64,000 nucleotides of DNA, taken from NCBI RefSeq assembly GCF_036321535.1, contig NC_087437.1, forward strand, positions 51,586,001 to 51,650,000. Direction: 5' to 3'. Both the position numbers and the translations under genes were made by a program. Positions 53,115 through 64,000 of the stretch are shown piece by piece. Within the stretch, counting starts at the first letter, position 1; the number at the start of each line of letters is the position of its first letter. The DNA is from Camelus dromedarius. Lineage: Eukaryota. The notes beneath the pieces were generated by a model that saw only the letters and a program-made list of their open reading frames with translations, was not told the origin of the DNA and did no database searches.

Positions 53115-55168
53115 GCTCCTCTGGGAACTGTGAAACGCCTCACCCTCCAGGTCCCCCTTCCATGGCACCCACTGTCCCTGGGCCATGCCCGCTGTCACCG
53201 TCAGGCCAGGCCAAGCTCTGCTGATGTGGCCTCAGCTGCATCCTGTGGCCTCCCCTTTCAAGGAACAACTCACAAGAGGAAGGATTTGGAGGGAGCTTGT
53301 GGATTCTAACTGGATGATACAAAGGAGGAAACTTTTCTTTCCTCAGGAGCCCCTGACCCTTTAGAGAATTCCATAAGCAAAAACTAGCTAAATGTTTAAA
53401 CTAAAACAATAGAAAATTTAATTCATGTCTAACTCAAGTTTAAGAAAGGGGAGCAATAAACAAGGTCCTACTGTATAGCACAGGGAACTATATTCAGTAA
53501 CTTGTAATAACCTATAATGAAAAAAATACATATGTGTGTGTGTGACTGAATCACTGTGCTGTACACCAGTAACTAACACAACATTGTAAGTTAATTATAT
53601 TTCAACAAAAATTAAAAAAAAAAAAGAATAGGGAGCATTAAACTATTGTGTAGGTACTCTGGATTCTGAGCTGTATGTAAGTTGGGGAGGAGACTGCCAG
53701 GCTCCCAGAAGGGCCACATCCCTGCACATGGTCTGTCTCCTCACAGCTATGGACTCCTTCATGGGACCCACGAGAGGTCTTTATTCATTTGAATGCCCCT
53801 GACCTAGCACGCTGGGTCTCACTCTGTGTTCCTGGGATGAACGGGTGAGCAGAGAAAGAAGGGGACAGAAAGTGGGAGGCAAGGGAGTGAAGGGGCAGAG
53901 AGACAGAGACTGACTAGAGCTTGTTCAAAAGAACTTTGTGTATTCTTTGCAGGACTTTTAGAAATAAAGAAGAGAGGGGGAGGTAAAGATGAATAAGTTG
54001 GTATTCTTGCTCATACTCAGACGATTCACTTTCTTGTGAAAAAGAAAGATATGCCAGTAACAATGGTATTGGGCAGAGCATAAGGGCCTCCCCCAGGGAC
54101 GCCACCCGGTATGAGGTTCACTCCTTCAGGGCTGTGAGCGTCAAGCTATCTGGTCAGAATGTTCAGAACCTTACTTGACTGTTTGTTCTTTGTAGGTGAC
54201 ATGTTACTGTGTTTGTTTATATCTCTAGTATCTTTTAACAATCCCCAGCACCTTGAACTTCTACAAAAATGTTGGGGTGCCTTGGTGGAGTTATTTTTCA
54301 TTCGTTGTCCTGGGATCTTGGATGGAAGTCAAATTTTCTTCAGCTCTAGGATATTTGCTTGTTTTATTTTTTGAAAATATCCATTTCTCCCCCCTCCTCC
54401 CACCACATGGTTCTACTCCCAGTTTCTGGGACTATTAGTCAGGTGTTAGAATCCTGGACTGATCCTCTGTAGCTTTTATGTTTTCTCTCACATTTTCTAT
54501 TTTGTTGTTTTTAAAATCTATTTTATATTCCTTCTATTAAAATTTTTTTCAGTGATCAAATTTTCAGTTTATAAGAGTGCTATCTTGTTTACTGAATTTT
54601 CTGATTTTAGAGTATTCAGTGCTTTTTTTATGCTTGTAATAGCTTCTCAAATTTCTCTGAAGATACTATGTGTATATTTTTAAGTTTTCTATTGTTCTCT
54701 GAATTAGCCTTGTTTTCTCCAAGGTCATTTTTCTTGTCTTATTTTTCTTTCAACTTTTTATTTAAAAAATGTTCAAACTTACATATAAGTTGAAAGAATA
54801 GTGCACTGAACATAGAGATTTATATCCTCTTCCTAACCACCAATAATTAACATTTTGTCACACTTTCTCTCTTTCTACTTTTTGTATTTCTGAATCATTG
54901 GAAAGTAGTTGCAGACAGCATGGCATTTTAGTCCTAAATACTTCAACATGTATTTGCTTTAAGAATAAGGACATTTCCCTATACACTACAAGGTCATTAC
55001 CACACTCCAAAAACTTAACACCAATTTAATACTATCTTCTGATATTCAGTTCATATTTAAAATCTACTAGTGCCTAAACTTACTTCAACAGTGTTTTTTT
55101 TGTTTTGTTTTTTTGTTTTTTTTTTGATTTAGGATTGAGTCAAGAGTCACATATTAAAGTTAATTATT

Positions 55169-55356
55169 GGAGGGGAGGGTATAGCTCAGTGGTAGAGTGA
55201 GCTACCAGGAGGTCCTGGTTTTAATACCCAGTACTGCCATTTAAAAACAAACAAACAAACAAACCAAATTACCTCACCCCAACAAAAATAAAAATAAAAA
55301 AAGATTTTAAAAAGATAAAATTTAAAGAAATATTTTTAAAAATGATTTAAAAACAA
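55169..55356 (+). mobile_element. tRNA-derived SINE (Vic-1-like, small internal deletion) with long A-rich tail
   Basis: 'ggggagggtatagctcagtggtagag'; flanks aaagtta(g/a)ttatt resemble a TSD. Confidence 0.78.
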
Positions 55357-57074
55357 AGTTAGTTATTATGTTTCCATATTTTCTTTTAACCTAGAACAGT
55401 TCCCCCTTACCAATTTGGGGGGTAGTTTTTCATGGTACTAACTTTTCAAAAGCTTGATCTAGCTGTCTTGTGGAATGTTCTACACTCTGGATTTATCTAA
55501 TTATGTTAAACTGTTTAAGCATTTTTGGTACACTCACTAGGTAATTTTGTGCATTTAACATTGCATCTCATTGTTTCCTTATGATCAGATTCAGCTCACA
55601 TCCTGGGCAATAATAATATACATGTGACATTGTGCTCTTTTCAGGGCATCACATTTAAAGACACATGTTCACCTGCCATCATTGGTGATGTTGATTTGGA
55701 TTGCCCGGTATTGTCTGCTTTATCAACTTGTTTTTCCTTGCAATTAATAAGCCATCTTTGGGGAGAAATTTTAAGACCTTGTAAATATCCTGCTTCTAAT
55801 AAAAATTTCCCTTACAGATTTAGCACCCACTTTCCTGATTTTTACTAAAATGGTTGCAAAATGATGATTTTAAATTCAACCATTCCCTCCATATTTATTA
55901 GTACTTTCTAGGTCCATAAGATGTCCCAGGTTCATGTTGTACTTTCCATGTTCTAGCCCTGGAATCAGCTATTTCTACAAGGAGCTCTGGTTCCTTTTAT
56001 TGGTTGCCTTTACTGTTGAGGATATTTTCACTGCATGAATCATAGTGAGAGGTTAGTAGCATTTTCCCCTTCAGTATTTTATAGATGTTGTTCCATTGTC
56101 TTCTGGTTTGCGTTATTTCTAATTAAGCCACATGATGCTTTCAATAGTTTCCATTTACCTACTGGATTTCCCCAGTTTATTCACTCACTGTGTTCATGAA
56201 TTTTCCCCTTCAAATCCTTAAACATTTTTATAATGGCAGTTTTAAAGTCTTTATTTTTGAAATTTTAATTTAAAAATATAAAAACTTTAATTTAAAAAAT
56301 TGAAAAATTTAAATAAAAAATTTTAAATGTGTAATTGACATATAACATTATATAAGCTTGAAGTGTACAAACATACTGAGTGGATAATTATATAAATTGC
56401 TATTTAATTTTTCTTGTTTCTTTCCTCAGTTTGTTTAGCTCATTTCACATCTTGTATTTTGTCCATTTCTATCCTGAAAATTTGAATTTTGGTGTTTTAC
56501 ATCATCAAGTGCCTATTTAATAATATTTAATTTGTGTTGGATATTGTGTCACAATTTTCATGTTTCTTTGCTGTTTTGGAGGGGAATAAATTTGTCAGCT
56601 GAAGATATTAGTCTGTCATTATTTTCTTCTCATAGTGGCTTGATATAGATTCTACCTGTCATTTGTTTATTTAAAAGTGTGTTGAATTTTCCTGGCCTGT
56701 CAATAACAGGTGTTTCTTTGTGGGAAGGGTGAAAGGCTTGGGTGGCTTACTAAGATCCTTAGTTCAAGAATGCCCTCTTCTAGTGATAAGTGGAGTGAAA
56801 TTCTTTAATAGATTGTCCTTTTGTGAGGGAAAAGTTGGTGTGTCTTCTGTTACTGTGATTTTCTTTCATTTCCATAGGACTCCTACTTTTCACCATTTCC
56901 CCCTTTTCTTTCATTTCTCAGTCTGCAAGTAGTGCCTACCTCTTCTAGGTTGCCTTCCTCTCCCTAGAACTAGAGCCTTTCAAAGAGTGCTACGTTTGGT
57001 CCTACATTTTTGAGCCTCTCCTAGATTCCTCAGTAGCCAGTGGTCTGGCTGGCCAGGTTGCAGAACTGTTCTCA

Positions 57075-57178
57075 GCCTGCCTGCCTGCCTTCCTTCCTTC
57101 CTTCCTTCCTTCCCCTCCTTTTTCTTTCTTTCTCTCTCTCTACCTTTCTTTCTTTCTCTCTCTGTGTCTTTCTTTCTA
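57075..57178. repeat. Pyrimidine-rich (CCTG)(CCTT)(CTTT) microsatellite, probably the decayed poly-A of the RPS10 retrocopy
   Basis: immediately follows the minus-strand AATAAA at 57183-57188. Confidence 0.75.
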
Positions 57179-57179
57179 T

Positions 57180-58077
57180 GGATTTATTCAACCCAAAACA
57201 ATCTCTTCCAACTTGACTGAGGTGGCTGACCATGTCCACGACCAAATCCGCCTTTATTTTTATTTTTATTAAAACATTTTTATTGAAGTAGTTAATTTAC
57301 AATATTGTGTTAGTTTCAGGTGTACAGCAAAGTGATTCAGCTATACATGTATATGCATATGTCTATATTCTTTTTTATTCTTTTCTATTATAGCTTATTA
57401 CAAGATATTGAATGTAATTCCCTGTGCTATACAGCAAAACCTCGTTGTTTTTCTGTTTTTTATATGGCAGTGTGCATCTGCTAATCCCATACTCCCAATT
57501 TATCCCTTCTTCCTCTTCCCCTTTGGTAAACAAAAGTTTATTTTCTATGTATGTGAGTCTTTTTCTGTTTTGTAACAAATCCACCTTTAAACTGGAATTT
57601 GGTCTCTGATCCAGCCTGGCCTCAGCTCTCCTGTCAGCACCAGGGGGCACAGTGCTTGGTCGTAGGCATCTCTGTCCACTTCCCCTCCTGTGAGTCTCGC
57701 AGGTTGTTCTCCCTCTAGACCCATGGGCTGTGGTCTGCAGTCTCGGGTTGAATGCAGTGCAGGTTGGCAGGCATGTCTCAGGGGGCAGGTGGAGGTTAAT
57801 CACAGAAGTACTGGGTACCCTTGTTGGAAAGGTACCAGTAGGAATGTCTCCAGGCAAGCTGTCCTTCCTGTAGCCAGGTGATGTAAGACTGCATGGCTTT
57901 CATAATGTGAAAATTGGGCACATCCTTGTCTGCCAGCTCGGGGTGTTTAGGCATATGGACATCCTTCCTGGCCACCATCACCTGCTCCTGAAAAAGGAGT
58001 TCATAAGTGGCAATCCAGTCCTTCTTGGTCATTCACACTGCAATGGCTGCTGCCTCTGGGGCTGAAGTTGAAAAAGG
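57180..58077 (-). pseudogene. RPS10: RPS10 processed pseudogene, interrupted by an L1 3' end
   Basis: Intronless: [70 protein letters not shown]; deletion and frameshifts; 5' pyrimidine (TOP-like) start at 58071-58077; AATAAA. Confidence 0.95.
57257..57575 (-). mobile_element. 5'-truncated L1 3' end inserted in the RPS10 retrocopy
   Basis: TSD CAAATCC(G/A)CCTTTA at 57243-57256 and 57576-57589, duplicating the KGGF codons. Confidence 0.88.
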
Positions 58078-58224
58078 ATCTGAAGACCCTGTGTGTGTCC
58101 CTGGAGCTGAGGTTTCATATTCTACATAATGTAATGTTGAAAATGTCCTTAACTTAGCAAAAATGTAGTTATGTGCTATATTGAACATCTTTCCCTGTCT
58201 TTACATGTTTGTGTGCCATAAGGT

Positions 58225-59960
58225 ATCACATCTTCTTTATCCATTCATTTTTTGATAAACATTTAGGTTACTTTCATATCTTGGCAATTGTGAATAATGC
58301 TTCTACGAATATTGGGGGGCATGTGTTTTCGAATTAGAATTTTCTGTATATATGCCCAGGAATGAGATTGCTGAATCATATGGTAGCTGTATTTTTAGGT
58401 TTTTAAGGAAACTCTGTACTGTTTTCCATAGTGGCTTCACCAATTTACATTCCCACCAATGGTGAAGGAGGATTCCCTTTCTCCACATCATCTTCAGCAT
58501 TTATTATTTGTAGACTTTTTGATGATGGTCATTCTGACAGGTGTGAGGTGATACCTCATTGTGGTTTTGATTTGCATTTCTCTAACAATTAGTGATATTA
58601 AGCATCATTTCATGTGCCTGTATATCTTTGGTGAGATGTCTGTTTAGGTCTTCTGCCCATTTTTTGATTGGGTTATTTGTTTTTGATGCTGTTAAATAAG
58701 ATGTGCTGTCTGTATATTTTGGATATTAACCCCTTGTCAGTTGCACTTGCAAATATTTTCTACCACTCTGTAGGTTGTCTTTCCATTTTGTTGATGATTT
58801 CCTTTGTTGTGCAAAACCTTTTGATTAGGCCCAATTTGTTTATTTTTGCTTTTATTTCTTTTGCCTTGGGAGATTGATCTAAGAAAATATTGCTACGATT
58901 TATGTTAGAGAATGTTTTGCCTATGTTCTCTTCTAGGAGTTTTATGGTATCATGTCTTATATTTAGGTATTTAAACTATCTTGAGTTTATTTTTGTATAT
59001 GCTGTAAGGTAGTGGTCTTATATCACTGATTTATATGAGGCTGTCCAATTTTCCCAACATGAATTGGTAAAAAGACTGTCTTTTTTCCATTGTATATTCT
59101 TGCTTCCGTTGTCATAGATTAATTGACCATAGATGTGTGGCTTTATTTCTGGGCTCTATTCTGTTCCATTGATCTATATATCCATTTTTGTGCCAATACC
59201 ACACTGTTTTGATTACTGAAGCTTTGTAGTGCTGTCTGGAGTCTGAGAGGGTTTTGCCTCCAGCTTTGTTCTTTTTTTTTTTTTTTTTTTCAGGATTGCT
59301 TTGACAGTTCTAGGTCTTTTGTGATTCAATATAAATTTTAGGATTACTTATTCTAATGTTGTGGAAAATGTCATGGATATTTTGATAGGGATCACATTAA
59401 ATTTGTACATTGCTTTGAGTAGTATGGCCATTTTAACAATATCAACAGATGATTGGTTTAAGAAGATGTGAGATATACATATATTGCACACACACAATGG
59501 AATATTACTCAGCCATAAAAAAGAATAAAATATTGCCATTTGCAGTAACACAGATGGACCTAGAGAATATCATACTAAGTGAAGTAAGTCAGACAGAGAA
59601 AGACAAATGGTATATGATATCTAAAAAATAATATAAATGAACCTATGTACACAACAGAAACAGATTCACAGATATAGAAAACAAACTTCCAGTTACCAAA
59701 CAGGAAAGGAAAGGGAAGAAGGATAAATTAGGAGTATGGGATTAACAGATACAAAGTACCATACATAAGCTAGATAAGCAATAAAGATTTACTGTATAGT
59801 ATAGGAAACTATTTTCAATATCTTACCTTTAATGGAAAGGTATATTTAATGGAAAATAACTTGTGGAAAGTAATCTGAAAAAATACATATATAACTGAAT
59901 CACTTTCCTGTATACCTGAAAGTAACACAATATTGTAAATCACCTATACTTCAATTTAGA
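58225..59960 (+). mobile_element. L1 with 5' inversion (antisense ORF2 part 58225-59440, sense 3' part 59441-59960)
   Basis: orientation switch at '...ggccattttaacaat|atcaacagatgattgg...'. Confidence 0.8.
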
Positions 59961-59984
59961 GAAATGTTGAATGTTTAAAACAAA

Positions 59985-60790
59985 AAAGATATTTAACATC
60001 CTAACATTGGATGAGATTGCCAAAGGAGTTAGTATAGAGAAAGAAGTGAATGAGTACCCTGGAGGACTCCAAAGTAAAGAAGTACAAGTTGAAGAACCAA
60101 GAGGCTGAGAAGGAACAGCCAGTGTGGGAGAAGGAAAACCTAGAGTATGGTGTCTTGGTAGAGAGTATTTACAGGAGGAAGAGGTGAAGAACTGTGCCAG
60201 GTGTGTTGATAGGGCAAGTAAGATGGGGACTGCAGGCTGATCATCAGATTTTGCAATAACGAAGTCATTGGTGACCCTGTTCAGAGACATTGGTAGTGTG
60301 ATAGAGGCAAAAGCCTGATTGAAGTCAGGGGAAGGTATAGCTCATTGGTAGAGTGCATGCCTAGCATGCATGAGGTCCTGGGTTCAATCCCAAGTACCTC
60401 CATTAAAAAAAAAAATTAAGAAACAAACAAACAAGCCTAATTACCTCCCCCCCACAAAAAAGCAAATAAGATTTTTTTTTTAAAAAAGCCTGATTGAAGT
60501 GGATTCATTGGAGAACTGGAGACAGTGAGTACAAGTAATACTGTCAACTGGTTTTTTATGAACGGGAGCAGAGAAATGAGACGGCAGCCGGAGGGGGAGG
60601 AAGGGTCAAGAGTTTTTCTTTGAAAATGGGAGAAATAATAGTATGATTATAAGTTTATGGGAAAGACTTAGTAAAGAGGGACAATCTGATGATATGAGAG
60701 AGAGAGAGGGTAGACTAACTGGAGAGACAGCCTTGAGCTGGAGAGGGGTTGGCTTTTGACAGGATCACAGATGGTTTATCTGTAGTCGAA
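59985..60790 (-). mobile_element. L2 LINE fragments
   Basis: 'ggatgagattgccaaaggag...gaagtcattggtgacc' L2-like; further fragments near 61700-62250. Confidence 0.6.
60326..60483 (+). mobile_element. tRNA-derived SINE (Vic-1-like) with 17-bp TSD, inserted in L2
   Basis: AAAAGCCTGATTGAAGT at 60309-60325 and 60484-60500. Confidence 0.88.
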
Positions 60791-63095
60791 AGAGGTGTTA
60801 CAGAGACACTGACACAGATGCGGTAGGTGGGATGATGTGGTGGTAAGAGTCCAAAACTGTCCTCCTTTTTTGACAGATTTCATTTCCTCAGTAAAACAAG
60901 AAGCCAGATCACAAGTAAGAGTGAGAATAGAGAGGTGTTGGAGATCTGAGGGGAAAACAGGTGAAAAAAATTGTCATTTAGGACCACAGGAGGGTGAAAG
61001 GATTAGGATGTGTAGGATGATCGCCTGGCTATGGTAGAAATGTGCTTGAGGGTCACGGTCATGGATTTAGAGTGAAGACAGCCAGCAGTTTGTGTCTTTT
61101 TCTCCAGCCAGACTCAGGTGCATGAGGGCAGGTGTGGAGTAGGTGGAGGGCTGGATTTAGCCTGGTTTGTAGTTTTTCTGAGTATCATGAAGTAACAGAA
61201 GGGCAAAAGAATTAGACTGAGATAAATAGAGCAATTATAATAATTGGCTGAGGACATTAAATGTGGCTAGGAGGAAAGGGGATTTCGGGGATTGAGGAAC
61301 TGGAAGGGTGGTACAATCAATGGAAATTAGGTCCTTGTGGGGCAAAGCATTCCTGGAGTTTGGGTAATGGGGGAGTGAACTAGAAATACAGAAGATGAAG
61401 GCAAAAACTGGGATGCATGACTGCAATTGTTGGCTTTAGTTATTGGTAAGTGCAGATCTACAGAATGGTTGTGAAGTGCGTGGTGGAGGTGGGTGGAGAA
61501 CAAAATCAGGTACTGAGAAGTAAGGGTGTTCGAGGGATGCATGCCCACTGCTCTTGCTCAAGATCTCAAGGGTGTGTGTGTTTGTGTGGTTGTTTCAGCG
61601 AGCAAACAGCCAGGCTTTTCTTATCATTATCATGAAAATATAAAATACCTTAAATATGTAGAATCTATAACTCTCATATAGCAAAAGAATAGTCATTCTC
61701 TGGCAAGAACTACCTTTAAAATGTTGGTTGGGTTTCCATGTGCAGCTCCCCAGACAGCTATTGAAAAATGTGGGTCTGAAATACGGAGGTGGAGTTGGAG
61801 ATCTGGGAAATAGCTTAATAAAAATAAAAGTGGAAGCAATGTGAGTCAACAAGATTGTCTGGAGAGAATGTGTACAGCAAGAAGGGAGCCAGAGAGTGGA
61901 CTCCGGGGAGAACCTGTATTTACAGAGCAGGAGGACCCACAAGAGCTAACGGGAAGGAGAGAATGGAAAGTAGAAGAAGGATCCAGAAGACCCAGGGAGG
62001 AAAGACTTTTCAGAGCAAGGGAGTGGCCAAGAGTGACAGTGCAGAGAGCTCAGTAGGATCAAGACAGACAGGAAGCCTTTCGACTGACAACTGGGAGTCC
62101 TTGGTGATCTTGGAAGAGTCTCAACTAAGGGACAGGGGCTGAAGCTAGGCTGGGATGGGTTCAGTGTGGGTGGTGAGAATGTGGAGACAAGGCAATTGGA
62201 CTGCTCTCTGGCAGTTTGGGGGAAAGTGAAATGGAAAGGAAATGAGGGAAATCCAGACAAGGAGAAAGAATCCATGAGGATGAAGAGGGAGGAGATCAGG
62301 TATATTTGAAGCAAGTTCCAAAAAGCGAGAGCCTGGAACACAGGGGAAGGATGACTCTAAGCAAAAAGAAATAACTTCTTTTGAGATAGAAAAGAAGCAG
62401 AGACCCTGAGTCAGGAGAGGGAAGGGTGTTGACCGGGAGGGGAGGCGAGTCACGACTCTCATATTGACGATGTTTGTGGCCAAATTTATAGTTTACTTAT
62501 AGCCATGATAGGTGTGTGAATAACAATCTTACCCCCTGATTTTTCTCATCTGCCCCCAACCTCTTTCCAAGCTTCTTATGTTTTTCTTTTTTAATGGCTC
62601 ATCCTTTCCTTCCTGTCCACTAAGTACAGTCACATTCCAGCTATCTGTCCCTTGGAAATCTCCCCTTTTCTCTCCACTGAATTGGTCATGGCCAAGGAAA
62701 TGTCCTCTCCTCTTAGGACAAGGGCAATTTTACTCCTCATTCCTTTAAGCATCACACTTTTACTATTTTTACCTCTTTGGATGTAGCATCTGCCAAAGAT
62801 TTCCACATTTCCCTGTGGAGGTGGAGACTGCTCTCTGGCCACCAAAACCCACTCCCTCCTTCTTCCACAGTAACAGAGACTGAACACATAGCTGCCCAGT
62901 GACATCATTTTCCCAGACTCCTTTGCAGTTATTAGGTGGCCTGCATCTTATCTTGGTTTCCCCCAAAATGAAATGGAGATAAAGGCTTTCATGTGGACCG
63001 TTTATTTGGGAATGTGATCTCAGGGAGCAAGAATGAAGAACAAGGAAGTGAACAAGGAAGGAAGTGTTGACTGAAATGATATTACACAACATGAG

Positions 63096-63541
63096 TGTTG
63101 TGGGTTAAGTTTCATTTGGAGCAAAATGAGGACTATAGCCTGGGAGACAGCATCTCAGATAGCTCTGAGGAACTGCTCGGAAGAGGCAGGGGGGAACTCA
63201 GTATTATATATGATTTTAGTAGAGAGGATACGTGCAGTCAGGACAGAAGCTTGCTGCTAGTCACAGGAGCAGATATCACCATTAATGATTTTAGTGCTTT
63301 TCTAGATATGAGGAGATGTAAGAATCTTCTCCTGAAAAAATCTATCTGAAGCCTGTTCTGCCAGTTTTCCCAGAGCACAGAGTTCCTCATTCCTGATCTC
63401 CACCCTGAAATCCTTTCAGGGTGTGTTGGAGGTCAGCGGCTATAGCAGCTCGTGATTTAATCCAAGCGGAGGTAGGTGGCAAGTGACAATGTAATTTAAT
63501 CCTTGTAGAGGCAGGTGGCAAGTGCCAGTTTTTAGTTGACA
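63096..63541 (-). mobile_element. ERV LTR-like element
   Basis: 'tgttgtgggttaagtttcatttggagcaaaatgaggactatagcctgggagacagc...agttgaca'; TG/CA ends and internal short duplication 63470-63530. Confidence 0.6.
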
Positions 63542-63551
63542 GAAGGATATG

Positions 63552-64000
63552 TTTTTTTAAAAACAATTTTACTGAAGTATAGTTCATATACAATGTAGTG
63601 TTAGTTTTTGTTGTACAGCAAAGTGATTCAGTTATATATATATATATTCTTTTTCATATTCTTTTCCATTATGGTTTATTATAGAATATTGAATATAGTT
63701 CCCTGTGCTATATAGTAGGGCCTTGTTGTTTATCAATTTTATATACAGTAGTTAGTATCTGCTAATCCAAAACTCCTAATTTATCTCTCCCCCTTTCCTC
63801 TTTAGTAACCATGTATGTTTTCTATGTGTAGAAGTCTGTTTCTGTCTTTTGTATAAGTTCTTTTGTATCATGTTTTAGATTCCCCATATAAGTGATATCA
63901 TATGATATTTGTCTTTCTCTTTCTGACTTACTTCACTTAGTATGATAATCTCTAGGTCCATCCATGTTGCTGCAAATGACATTATTTCATTTTTAATGGC
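63552..64000 (-). mobile_element. L1 3' fragment running off the window
   Basis: same 3'UTR family as 48740-49430 and 57257-57575. Confidence 0.8.

Noticed and set aside
53144..53310. Possible minus-strand exon (catccag acceptor, gtgagg donor); similar segment at 21624-21748
   Set aside because: Both lie in the duplicated CTCF-associated element, so the similarity is better explained as non-coding homology
57637..57650. CTCF-like GCACCAGGGGGCAC
   Set aside because: It is the antisense of RPS10 VPPGA codons; no independent support

Overview
Mammalian genomic DNA, most likely camelid: it carries tRNA-derived SINEs of the Vic-1 type and artiodactyl-type L1 3' ends. Bases 231-3306 hold the last nine coding exons of chordin (CHRD, + strand), followed by its 3' UTR and poly(A) signal. 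The remaining ~60 kb has no intact protein-coding gene that I can support. It contains processed pseudogenes of RAN (+) and RPS10 (-), many L1/L2/MIR/LTR/DNA-transposon remnants and several young insertions with target-site duplications (TSDs). The main discovery candidate is a chain of about 20 minus-strand AG...GT-bounded segments in repeat-poor islands from ~54.1 kb down to ~5.8 kb. Their translations read like protein, carry scattered stops and frameshifts, and repeatedly resemble RGS-domain helices. My inference is a decayed, multi-exon RGS22/RGSL1-like gene lying tail-to-tail with CHRD; the family call is pattern recognition from memory and needs an HMM or synteny test. A second notable signal is a pair of homologous ~300-bp elements 31.5 kb apart, each carrying an extended CTCF motif in the same orientation.
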